Shown piece by piece: positions 1 to 8,361 of a stretch of DNA of 34,997 nucleotides. The DNA lies in assembly GCA_043813875.1 (NCBI GenBank), contig JBDRKP010000057.1, forward strand, positions 1 through 34,997, in the 5' to 3' direction. Source of the DNA: an archaeon (GTDB taxonomy: Archaea > EX4484-52 > B79-G9). The notes under the pieces are model-generated. The model was not told the origin of the DNA and did not search any database. It saw only the letters and a program-made list of their open reading frames with translations. A program made the position numbers and the translations under genes. Position 1 is the stretch's first letter. The number at the start of each line of letters is the position of its first letter.

Positions 1-195
1 AAAATTTCCGTGATAGTGTGTCTTTTTTGAAGCACCTAAATTGATATTTTATGCGTTAAAACGCACGCATTAAACCACGAATGCATTGGAAACAAAGGTT
101 GCGAGACTGAGCGATCATCACGTAAAAAATAGGCAGACCCATAAAAGTAAAATATAAATACATACTCATATAACTAACAGTGAGATGTCGATCAT

Positions 196-1131
196 ATGAA
201 ATATTCAAAAAAAGTTTTGTTGGCGCTGGTAATCTGCCTGTATTTAATAAATATTAGCGGAGTTTCTGCTCAATCAGATTCCTCATCTAATACTACTGAT
301 AAAAACATAAATGTTGGTCTGTATCTTCTAAATCTTGGGAAATTTGATATAGCAACCGGTTCTTTTACTGCGGATTTTTACCTATCGCTCAAATGCGATA
401 ATGTCTGTCCTTCGCAGGATTTCGAATTCATGAATGGCAGAGCATCAAGCTTTGAAAAGATCATTGATGAACCAAATGAAAAATTTTATAGAGTCCAAGC
501 TAATCTGGTCAGCCCTATTGATTTAAAGAAATACCCGTTCGACAAACAAAAATTAGAGATCGTGATAGAAGACAAAAGGAAAACAACAGATGAGTTGAAT
601 TATATTGCAGATCTTGAAGCGTCAGGCATAGATCAGTCGATAATCTTCATCGGCTGGAATATGGACAATTGGGATGTGTATACAAGAGAGCATAATTACG
701 AGATCTATGGCGAAACCTACTCACAGTATGTATTTGAGCTCCCGATTTCAAGAATAGTCATCAACGCAATCTTCAAAACGTTTCTTCCGATAATTTTCAT
801 TATATTTATCATGCTTTCAAGCTTTGTCTTGGATCCTGATAAGATAACGACAAGGCTGACAATGGTCGGTTCGGCGCTGGTGGCGTCTGTGATGTATCAT
901 GTCTCTTTGGGAAATCAGATTCCTCCTGTCGGATACCTGACATTTATCGACAAGTTTATGGTCCTGAGCTATTTTGTCATACTTCTGAGCTTCGTATTCA
1001 ATGTCTTCTTATTGGAACTGAATGAACGAAAGAAGGACGAACTGGTCAAAAAATTGCATCGGCATACTGAATTTACGATGTTTATAGTAATCCCGTTCCT
1101 CTATATATTGCTATTTATTTTCTTCTTATAA
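196..1131 (+). CDS. Prokaryotic pentameric ligand-gated ion channel (GLIC/ELIC-like, Pro-loop family)
   Basis: N-terminal signal peptide; beta1-beta2 VGLYLLNLGKFD..TGSFTADFYL; Pro-loop DLKKYPFDKQKL; four C-terminal hydrophobic helices with M1 Pro (KTFLPII) and M2-M3 loop IPPVGYLTFIDKF. Confidence 0.88.
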   Translation: MKYSKKVLLALVICLYLINISGVSAQSDSSSNTTDKNINVGLYLLNLGKFDIATGSFTADFYLSLKCDNVCPSQDFEFMNGRASSFEKIIDEPNEKFYRVQANLVSPIDLKKYPFDKQKLEIVIEDKRKTTDELNYIADLEASGIDQSIIFIGWNMDNWDVYTREHNYEIYGETYSQYVFELPISRIVINAIFKTFLPIIFIIFIMLSSFVLDPDKITTRLTMVGSALVASVMYHVSLGNQIPPVGYLTFIDKFMVLSYFVILLSFVFNVFLLELNERKKDELVKKLHRHTEFTMFIVIPFLYILLFIFFL

Positions 1132-1244
1132 AATATAGTCTTAACGACGGGCGTCAAACTCAAAACCCAAAAAAACATCATTTTATAGATAAGCACTGCT
1201 TAAATAACATCTTCAAAAACGAAAAGCATTTCAAAGTGATTCAA

Positions 1245-1778
1245 ATGGTCAAAGCAAAAGGGCACGAACTTGGCGCAATAACTGTGACGTCGGCATTCAA
1301 TTGAAGAGCGCTGCAATTTAAAAATAATATTGTCACGCTCTTGAGACGTATCGGCGTCAATGAAAATGACATCGATGTGCCTCTTGAAAACATGGCAATC
1401 AAAAAAGCCAAAGCTTCTGTGACGTGGTACTTGTCAGGCCACCGGATGCATTACAGCCATAACCAGCAGCAGAAGTTCGTGGATAATCTCAATGTCGTAT
1501 TCAATGTGATCGATATTGAGACCAATCAGGTTCTTTCAAAAAAAAAGACACTTGACCAATTTATCGCTGATTTCAGAGAGGATGCTGATGTCGATAAGAA
1601 ACGAATAGAGGCGCGAGATATTTTGGGATTGGACGCTGATATGACTGATTGGGAGACCATCAATAAAAAATACAGGGATATGGCAAAAGAATCGCATCCC
1701 GATACGTCTAATGGTGACACTGAGAGTTTCAAGAAGCTAAATAATGCGCATAAGATCCTGAAAAGAGAATTGATATAG
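1245..1778 (+). pseudogene. C-terminal J-domain (DnaJ-like) protein interrupted by an in-frame TGA at 1302-1304
   Basis: J-domain HPD motif (AKESHPD..GDTESFKKLNNAHKIL). The frame extends upstream of the track's TTG (1341) through one TGA to an ATG at 1245, which follows an SD-like AGTGAT. Confidence 0.65.
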
Positions 1779-2061
1779 TCCTATCCGGAAATAAAGGCCG
1801 TTATGCTTCAAAATGTTAAATCTCACTTTCTCTAAATCCTGACTTCGACATCACGACAAGCGGCTGCACGTCCGTATCAAAAGCGATGTTCTTTTTCATC
1901 AATCCCGTTATTAACCATATGGCTAAAAAATCATGAAATTTTAATGAAATTTGAGCATTTCAAGCTTTTTAATTGTCAACATATAATTCATACACAATAA
2001 AAAATGGCTTCTCCTTCGCCTCATGCAAAACCTCTGACTGACCTAAAAATGTAACAAAGAA

Positions 2062-2078
2062 ATCTTTATATACAGGTT
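2062..2078 (+). promoter_or_regulatory. Archaeal TATA-containing promoter motif ATCTTTATATACAGGTT
   Basis: TTTATATA ends 22 nt before ATG 2095; an identical 17-mer lies on the minus strand at 3824-3840. Confidence 0.6.
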
Positions 2079-2094
2079 TGACCTATAAAATGTT

Positions 2095-2304
2095 ATGTCT
2101 CTTGATTGTAAAATATGCAACGATAAGCTGCATCAAGGCAGCAAGAATCTTGTTCTTTGCGAGCACAAGCAGGGATTCGTACATCTCGGATGCTGCTCGA
2201 ACAATTGCAGCCAGCACGGCGCTCCATGCTCACATGCGATTGCGGATTACAGGAAGACCACTCCTGTGCGCGTGTCTCCGGAACTTTTCTCTCTCTTTGG
2301 GTAG
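2095..2304 (+). CDS. Small Cys/His-rich protein, probably zinc-binding (69 aa)
   Basis: CxxC...CxH...HxxCCxxxC...CxH pattern; TATA box at leaderless spacing upstream. Confidence 0.65.
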   Translation: MSLDCKICNDKLHQGSKNLVLCEHKQGFVHLGCCSNNCSQHGAPCSHAIADYRKTTPVRVSPELFSLFG

Positions 2305-2348
2305 AGTATCACATATAAAATTAACAGTCCAATAATCTAGCTGATACT

Positions 2349-2843
2349 ATGGAGATACTTGAGGCGCTCGATAAAGTGCATGCTCGCAAGGAACTGGATG
2401 AGAAGCTTAATGGAAAATACCTCTGTTCTGCGCTCACGTTCCTTTCCGGATGGGACAGCAAGGCCACGTGGGAGCTTAATTTCTATGACATGGGCACCCA
2501 TATGATCACACAGGTAACAACAGACGGGGAACCCCATATCAAAACCGAAGGGGAACCGTTCAAGCCTAGAGGGGTAGAGATTGCTGAAATCAATATATCT
2601 GACCTGAAGGTTCCTGTATCGCGCGCACTTGCGACCGGAAAAGAGCACTATGACGATAAATACAAAGGGGTTGAGGTGCAGAAGCTGTTTGTTGCGCTGC
2701 ACGGAGGAGAGAGGCCTTACTGGGCGATTAGCGTCATAACGAAACACCTGACAATCGTCATCATTGAGATCGATACCATAGACGGCAGTGTGATAAAGTC
2801 AAAAGTGCATACTGTTTTTGATAAGAAGAGACTTGCGTCGTAA
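2349..2843 (+). CDS. Hypothetical protein (C-terminal half resembles a PepSY-like beta/alpha fold)
   Basis: 164-aa ORF with protein-like composition; W-x-I/V beta strand and IEIDTIDGSVI hairpin typical of PepSY-like domains. The fold call is tentative. Confidence 0.6.
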   Translation: MEILEALDKVHARKELDEKLNGKYLCSALTFLSGWDSKATWELNFYDMGTHMITQVTTDGEPHIKTEGEPFKPRGVEIAEINISDLKVPVSRALATGKEHYDDKYKGVEVQKLFVALHGGERPYWAISVITKHLTIVIIEIDTIDGSVIKSKVHTVFDKKRLAS

Positions 2844-2850
2844 CTCTAGT

Positions 2851-3807
2851 TTATAGCCATTCTCTTTTCTTGAACATGAAATAAAGGTAACCGACTGCCA
2901 GAGCCATCACGCCTATCACAAATAAATATGAGTAGTCTACGCCATTGTAGCGCAATTCCTGGAATGGCAGATTCACGTTCATGCCGTAAAAACCGGCAAT
3001 CAGCGCAGGGACGAAGGTGAATGATGCGATGATTGTCAGCGTCTTCATTATCTCGTTCATGGAATTGTTTACCGAAGACATGTATAGCTCTATGTTGCCT
3101 GACAGGACTTCGCGATAGTTTTCCTCCATGTCTATCAGGGCGACGACGTCGTCATAGATATCGCGCATGAAGACTGCTGTCCTCGACCTGACCTGACACA
3201 CGCTGCCGCGAGAGAGACTTAAGACAACCTCTCTTTCTGACAAGAGTATCTTGTGCATGCCCAGGAGTTTTTTCTTGTGGTCAAGGATATGCGTCAATGT
3301 CGACTGCTTTGGCCTTTTCAGGCTTTCGGATTCGAAATGCTCCAGCTTGGTGTCTATTGATTCCAGGACATGATAATAATCATTAAATACTGCCTCAAGC
3401 AGTTTGTAGAGGACGAAATCGGGTGGGTGCGCTTTGCCTGCCTTGAGCACCTCCACCACTTTGGAAAAATTGGATGTGGCGTCCCTGAATGTCAGGATGA
3501 ATGATTTCCCAAGCACGATGCTTACCTGGGAATGCTTGAATGTGCCGTAAGGGTACGTTTTCAATACGATAAACAGGAAACCGTCATATATGTCCAGCTT
3601 CGGCCTGGTATGTTCAAAGATGTCTTCGAGGATCAAGGGATGATAGTCTGGGAATAGTGTTTTTAGTATATCGGAGACATTATTCCTGGATTCAGAAACA
3701 AAGTCTATCCATACATTGTTCTTGCTGTTCACAAGTTCAATCACTTTTTCTATATGGATATCTTCATCGATTTCAGTGATGTCTTCGAGGTGTATGGAGG
3801 TAATCAT
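2851..3807 (-). CDS. corA: CorA family Mg2+/Co2+ transporter
   Basis: HPLILEDI..TRPKLD, MNEIMKTLTII, YGMN signature between two C-terminal TM helices, KKREWL end. Confidence 0.95.
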   Translation of the reverse strand: MITSIHLEDITEIDEDIHIEKVIELVNSKNNVWIDFVSESRNNVSDILKTLFPDYHPLILEDIFEHTRPKLDIYDGFLFIVLKTYPYGTFKHSQVSIVLGKSFILTFRDATSNFSKVVEVLKAGKAHPPDFVLYKLLEAVFNDYYHVLESIDTKLEHFESESLKRPKQSTLTHILDHKKKLLGMHKILLSEREVVLSLSRGSVCQVRSRTAVFMRDIYDDVVALIDMEENYREVLSGNIELYMSSVNNSMNEIMKTLTIIASFTFVPALIAGFYGMNVNLPFQELRYNGVDYSYLFVIGVMALAVGYLYFMFKKREWL

Positions 3808-3823
3808 ATAGTATTTAAGAATT

Positions 3824-3840
3824 AACCTGTATATAAAGAT
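3824..3840 (-). promoter_or_regulatory. corA promoter motif, identical to 2062-2078
   Basis: Reverse complement reads ATCTTTATATACAGGTT, ending 16 nt before the corA ATG (3807). Confidence 0.6.
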
Positions 3841-3978
3841 AATAAAAAAATCGTCTGAAATCCGCTATCTCCGCAGCAAGCTACGGGTATTATGCGGATT
3901 TTAGAGACGGCGATTTTAGTCTTCCCGTGTGAATTATACCGCAGCAAGCTGAGGGATATTAAACCCCTTGGGAATAAA
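3841..3978. repeat. REP/MITE-like palindromic element, long copy
   Basis: Nested inverted repeats (aaaatcgtc/ggcgatttt; aaatccgc/gcggattt) around a ccgcagcaagctacgg hairpin; second ccgcagcaagctgagg hairpin at about 3939-3954; related copy at 19813-19885. Confidence 0.7.
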
Positions 3979-3988
3979 GTTAAACGCG

Positions 3989-4768
3989 TCAACGGATTAT
4001 TGTCCCGATATCGGTTTCGCCGAGGAGGGCGCGCCTTATATAGCCGGGCTTGTTGCCGTTGATTATTTCTGATCCGATGCCGTCAATAGTAAATTCCAGC
4101 ATGCGCTCTACTTTGTGGACCATGCCGCCTGTGGCGTCTTTGGCGTCTGAGCCTTTGAGGTGTTTTTTTATGTCCTTGATGTTTTTTCCTGTTATCTCTT
4201 TTATCAGTTCACCATCGCCTGTCAGGACGCCGTCTGTCTTGCCGGCGAGGATTATTCTTTTTGAGCCTAATCTTTTGGCGAGGAATGTCAAGATCTCTTC
4301 AGTCGAAAGTATGCAGCAGCCCTGTTTACTGTCAAGCCCCACATCGCCGTATGGCACCGGGATGATGCCTAGCTCAAGGTATTTCTCGAGCGGTTTTGTG
4401 TCCCAGGTCTTGATTCTTGAACCTTCGGATATCGCTCCTGATGACGGCTGGATGGAAATAGCATTGATGCCCTCTTCTATCAGCGCATCCACGACAATCC
4501 TGTTGAGTTTCGCTGCGTCGTTCTGGACAAGCGCGATGCCTTTTTTGCTGTCCATGCCACACATCCCTTTCTGGGTCCCGTATCTTGTTGCCGACTGGTG
4601 AGGGAATGACCCGCCGCCGTGGCCTACTATGAGCTTGAAATCTTTTTCATTTATCGCTTCATGTATCTCTTTTGCTATACGCCTTATTGTGTCGTGTCTT
4701 GCGGTATAGGGCTTGTTCTTGTCTGTGATCAGAGATCCGCCCAGTTTCAGCATGATTATCTCAGTCAT
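3989..4768 (-). CDS. ipk: Isopentenyl phosphate kinase (amino acid kinase family)
   Basis: LKLGGSLITDK, HGGGSFPH (IPK His), PYGDV, STEE, DATGGMVHKV. Start set at ATG 4768 (SD-like AGGTGG; 8-nt overlap with ubiX). Confidence 0.92.
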   Translation of the reverse strand: MTEIIMLKLGGSLITDKNKPYTARHDTIRRIAKEIHEAINEKDFKLIVGHGGGSFPHQSATRYGTQKGMCGMDSKKGIALVQNDAAKLNRIVVDALIEEGINAISIQPSSGAISEGSRIKTWDTKPLEKYLELGIIPVPYGDVGLDSKQGCCILSTEEILTFLAKRLGSKRIILAGKTDGVLTGDGELIKEITGKNIKDIKKHLKGSDAKDATGGMVHKVERMLEFTIDGIGSEIINGNKPGYIRRALLGETDIGTIIR

Positions 4769-5324
4769 GTTCCCACCTTCTATATAGTTTGTGCGTGATG
4801 CCGAAGGCATCCAGTATGCGGCCGACTGTGTTTGCTATCATGTCGCCGATTGTCTTTGGCTGCGTGTAAAAAGAGAGCACCGGCGGAATTATCCAGACGC
4901 CGAGGTTCGAGAGCTTGAGCATGTTTTCGAGGTGAATCGAGCTTAGTGGTGTCTCTCGTGGGACGAGGACGAGGGTTCTTTTCTGTTTTATCTGTACGTC
5001 TGCTGCACGGGATACGAGGTTGTCTGCATAACCGGTTGCTATCGATGCAAGTGTCTTCATGCTGCATGGGGCGATTATCATGCCGTCTACCTTATATGAG
5101 CCGGATGCTATGGACGCATCGAGGTCTTTTTCGCTGTACAACCTGTCGGAATTCCGAGTTATGCGCTCCATGGCTTTCTTTTCGTCTGTCTCGTGTTTCA
5201 TGACCAGTTTTGCTGCTTCGCTCAATATCGTGTGGGTCTCTATGCCTGCTTTTTTTAGTTCCTCTAGTGCCCGTATGCCTATTTCCACGCCGCTTGCGCC
5301 TGTTATCGCCACTATTATCCTAAT
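4761..5324 (-). CDS. ubiX: UbiX flavin prenyltransferase (start uncertain: ATT at 5324 or GTG at 5312)
   Basis: RIIVAITGASG, IASGS, APCSMKTLASIA.G.ADNL..RAADV, LVPRETPL, FY..PKT. Confidence 0.93.
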   Translation of the reverse strand: MRIIVAITGASGVEIGIRALEELKKAGIETHTILSEAAKLVMKHETDEKKAMERITRNSDRLYSEKDLDASIASGSYKVDGMIIAPCSMKTLASIATGYADNLVSRAADVQIKQKRTLVLVPRETPLSSIHLENMLKLSNLGVWIIPPVLSFYTQPKTIGDMIANTVGRILDAFGITHKLYRRWEHD

Positions 5325-5713
5325 ATCAACACACCTTTTTTTGCGTCTACTGTCACGATCATCCCGTCTTTTAAGATTTCGTATGGATCTTTTTCAAGCT
5401 TGTCTATTGCAGGGATCTCTGAGATTATTGCGCCGACTGCGACTATGGCTTCGCATTCTTTGTTTATGATGGCTAAAGGGGCTTTGTTGTTCTTTTTTAG
5501 GCGGTAGAGAGTGTATGAGCCGACTGTCGAGCCCTTTCCTTTCGGGAATAACAGTATCTTTCCGGAGATTGATATGCCTTCGAGTGCGTGGCCTTTTTCG
5601 ACTATGATGCCTGTGCCAGGGTCTACCCCGCCGAAGAATGATATCGGGTCATGGCTAATCAGCACAACGCCTGTCGCGATTCCTGTTGAGATTGTCCGCG
5701 CTTTAATATGCAT
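5315..5713 (-). CDS. Aconitase X small (swiveling, DUF126) subunit; putative phosphomevalonate dehydratase small subunit
   Basis: ISFFGGVDP.TG.I....H, GKGSTVGS with the conserved Ser, GAIISEIP; adjacent to the AcnX large subunit gene. Confidence 0.9.
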   Translation of the reverse strand: MHIKARTISTGIATGVVLISHDPISFFGGVDPGTGIIVEKGHALEGISISGKILLFPKGKGSTVGSYTLYRLKKNNKAPLAIINKECEAIVAVGAIISEIPAIDKLEKDPYEILKDGMIVTVDAKKGVLILG

Positions 5714-5741
5714 CTTTATCACTAATCATATATAGAGATTA

Positions 5742-6926
5742 TCATTTCCATTTTCCGCTCACCGCTGCATCTATGCATTGCCTGGTGCTTCCGAATCTTG
5801 TCTTGAAGCTGTTCTTGCCGTGGCCGTAGAAGCAGGCTTTGGCTGAGTTTGTTGCCATGCAGGTGAACCTGCCTTTCAGGGGCGCTACTGCCATGCAGGT
5901 GTCTGCTGCGATTATTGCGCCTGAGGATTCTATGTCTTTTGCGATTCCCAGTTTTTCTGCTGCATCTAAAGTCTTTCTTGCTGTCGATATCCATGTCGCA
6001 AGCTTCACTTTTTTGCCTTTTAGCATGACGGCGATATCTTTCAGCTCGTCCAGCGATGCGTGAGGGCAGCCGAGCGCTACGAAGTCGACTGCGCAGTCGT
6101 CGTTCAAGGCTGATTTTGCTGCGTCTATTTCTTCCTTTGTTATTTCTTCCTCTTCTTTCGGGATCTCTGTCTTTTCCGGGGTTATGCCTTCCATATGGAA
6201 GAGGGCTGTGCCGCCGTATGTCGCGATTGATGCACAGAACATTTTCAGCTGATCTCTGCCTGCGTGTTTTATGCCTTTTATGTATGGGATTTTGTTTCCT
6301 ATCTTCCTGCCGATGGCGTAGCCGAGGACGCTGAAATCGTCCAGTGTCTCTATTTTTGCCAACACTCGCACGGTTATTTTTGCCTGCCTTTCTCTTTCGA
6401 GGTGGAGGCCGTACATTGGGGTCTTTCCGATTATCGCTGCTGCGAGGGCTGAGGGGCCACCTTCGCGGTTTGTTTTAGCGCCGAGGACTGAGTTTGAGTA
6501 GCATACTGCAGATGATTCTGACCAGGCGATGTGGTCACCGAATCCGGGCTTGTTGCCTACAAGGTATGGGGTGCATGTCGCTGTTGTCTCTATTCCCAGC
6601 TTTTCGAATGCCTTGAGGACTTTGTGCTGCTTTTCTGCGAATCCGTCGCTGATGCCTAGCTTTTTCCAGTCTCTTAAATCCATGCCTGCGGGGTTCAGCG
6701 TTGTCTTCACTTTGACCTTGCCGTCTTTTGCAAGCTCCTCGAGGTATTGCAGCCCTGCGTCACCGAGGTTGTCGTATGAGACGCCTGCCACCTGTACTGA
6801 GGTTACGGGAATGAGTCTTTCTGCGCCGTAGATATCGCCGAGGGCTTTAAGTATCTCCATTGATTTTCGGGCGGCATTGCCGTGTTTTCCGTCAAGGCAT
6901 TCTTTTTCTTCTTTGGTGAGATGCAT
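5742..6926 (-). CDS. Aconitase X large (DUF521) subunit; putative phosphomevalonate dehydratase large subunit
   Basis: MHLTKEE, TLNPAGMD, TCTPY, AWSESSAV..NSV.GA.TNREGGP, GCPH, DTC, TNSAKA; three Fe-S Cys ligands present. Confidence 0.92.
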   Translation of the reverse strand: MHLTKEEKECLDGKHGNAARKSMEILKALGDIYGAERLIPVTSVQVAGVSYDNLGDAGLQYLEELAKDGKVKVKTTLNPAGMDLRDWKKLGISDGFAEKQHKVLKAFEKLGIETTATCTPYLVGNKPGFGDHIAWSESSAVCYSNSVLGAKTNREGGPSALAAAIIGKTPMYGLHLERERQAKITVRVLAKIETLDDFSVLGYAIGRKIGNKIPYIKGIKHAGRDQLKMFCASIATYGGTALFHMEGITPEKTEIPKEEEEITKEEIDAAKSALNDDCAVDFVALGCPHASLDELKDIAVMLKGKKVKLATWISTARKTLDAAEKLGIAKDIESSGAIIAADTCMAVAPLKGRFTCMATNSAKACFYGHGKNSFKTRFGSTRQCIDAAVSGKWK

Positions 6927-6983
6927 TTTTACACCTTTGTCTTTTTGAGAAAATGTATTTCAATGTCTGATTTTTTTGATTGT

Positions 6984-8291
6984 CTAAAGATATTTTTCGA
7001 TGTCGATTTTCGGGTATTCTGTCTTTTTGAATGACTTGTCTTTTTTGTCGAACGGGATTGTCGCGTCAATGCCGACCTTGCATGTCTTCGCTTTTTCGCC
7101 ATCTTTCAGGTCTGCTGAGGGGTCTAGTGATGAGCCTGGCGCGCCCGGCATGATGATGGCGTCTTTGTCTGCCTGGAAGCGCGTGGCGATTGCGCCTTCG
7201 ACTGCGTTGAGGTCGTAGATGTCTATGTCATCGTCGACAATTATGCAGTGTTTCAGTGAGGCGTGGCCGCGGAATGCAGCATCGAGCGCTTTTCTGCCGT
7301 CGTCTGCATTCTTTTTTTCTATCTGGACTACTGCGTGGAGCCATGAGTTGCCACCTGTTGTCAGGAGTACGTTTCTGCATCTTACTACTTTGTTCACTTC
7401 ATCGTAGATTGTGGGCTCTCTTGGCATGCCCATGAGTATCTTGTGCTCTCTCAATCCGGGCAATAAGGTCTGGTAGATTGCGTCTTTCCTTCTTGTCATG
7501 CAGTTTATTTTTATTACCGGCTGTTTTCTTATTTTGTCAAGAGTCTCTGTCAGGTCCATGAACGGGCCTTCATCTGTTGTTTCTTTGGTTATTTTTCCTT
7601 CGAGGACTATCTCTGATTCGGCGGGCACTTCGAGGTCTACTGTCCTGCATTTCACCAGGTCTGTCTTCTCAAGGGCGTTTGCAAGTGAAAATTCGTCTAC
7701 ACCGGGTTTCAATGATGTCGCTGCTGCGAGGAGTACTGCTGCCGAGTTGCCGATGCATATTGCGACTTCAAGTTCGCCGCCTGATTTTTTCAGGGCGTTG
7801 TATGTGCCTCTGTTTTCGACGAGTCTTGCTGCAAATGTGTCGATTCCGGTGACCATGAGCCTGTGGAAGCATACGTTTCTTCCCAGCCCGGGGTCTTTTA
7901 TGACGGCTATCGCCGACGGGACGTAGGGACCGCCGTCCTGTTTCAAGTATGTCATGATGGGCAGTTTCCTCAGGTCTACGTCTTTTTCTATGACTTCCTG
8001 GCAGGGGGCTTTTTCTATCACTTTCGGGGCTTTCAGGTTGTTTATGGCTTTTGCCATCGATCTGATGATGTCCTGTTTTTCTGTTGCGATAGCATCTGCC
8101 ACGAGATCTCTTGATGAATACAGGTTGCCGATGACTTTTGTGTCGCAGCCTTTGACTTTCTCGAACAGGACAGGTTTTCCGTCAAGGGCTGCAAGTATCT
8201 CTGCCATCTCGTACCTGGTCGAGACTTCTTTTTTGATCTTTATGAGTTGGTCTCTTTTCTCAAGGTCTTTGATGAATGTTCTTAGGTTCAT
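6984..8291 (-). CDS. UbiD family prFMN-dependent decarboxylase; putative trans-anhydromevalonate 5-phosphate decarboxylase
   Basis: DGGPY, FHRL, VPAESEIVLEG, EGPF, VDDDIDI, SSLDPS, K.GIDAT; clustered with AcnX, UbiX and IPK. Confidence 0.92.
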   Translation of the reverse strand: MNLRTFIKDLEKRDQLIKIKKEVSTRYEMAEILAALDGKPVLFEKVKGCDTKVIGNLYSSRDLVADAIATEKQDIIRSMAKAINNLKAPKVIEKAPCQEVIEKDVDLRKLPIMTYLKQDGGPYVPSAIAVIKDPGLGRNVCFHRLMVTGIDTFAARLVENRGTYNALKKSGGELEVAICIGNSAAVLLAAATSLKPGVDEFSLANALEKTDLVKCRTVDLEVPAESEIVLEGKITKETTDEGPFMDLTETLDKIRKQPVIKINCMTRRKDAIYQTLLPGLREHKILMGMPREPTIYDEVNKVVRCRNVLLTTGGNSWLHAVVQIEKKNADDGRKALDAAFRGHASLKHCIIVDDDIDIYDLNAVEGAIATRFQADKDAIIMPGAPGSSLDPSADLKDGEKAKTCKVGIDATIPFDKKDKSFKKTEYPKIDIEKYL

Positions 8292-8307
8292 AATATATCA
8301 CGATTTA

Positions 8308-8359
8308 AATTATCACTATATCAATAAATATATTTATTCGTTGATTAATTATCACTATA
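8308..8359. promoter_or_regulatory. Promoter region of the mevalonate operon with a 13-bp direct repeat
   Basis: AATTATCACTATA at 8308-8320 and 8347-8359, flanking the AT palindrome AATAAATATATTTATT (8323-8338). Confidence 0.5.
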
Positions 8360-8361
8360 GT

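Noticed and set aside
1302..1304. Selenocysteine or genome-wide TGA recoding
   Set aside because: TGA ends many genes in the window at their expected C-termini, the position is not a Cys-type site, and I saw no SECIS-like hairpin.
1817..1900. 27-codon minus-strand ORF (MKKNIAFDTDVQPLVVMSKSGFRESEI)
   Set aside because: Too short and no recognisable motif.
3871..3960. Mini CRISPR array from the repeated ccgcagcaagct motif
   Set aside because: Only two short degenerate units, the intervening sequence pairs with the flank, and there are no cas genes.
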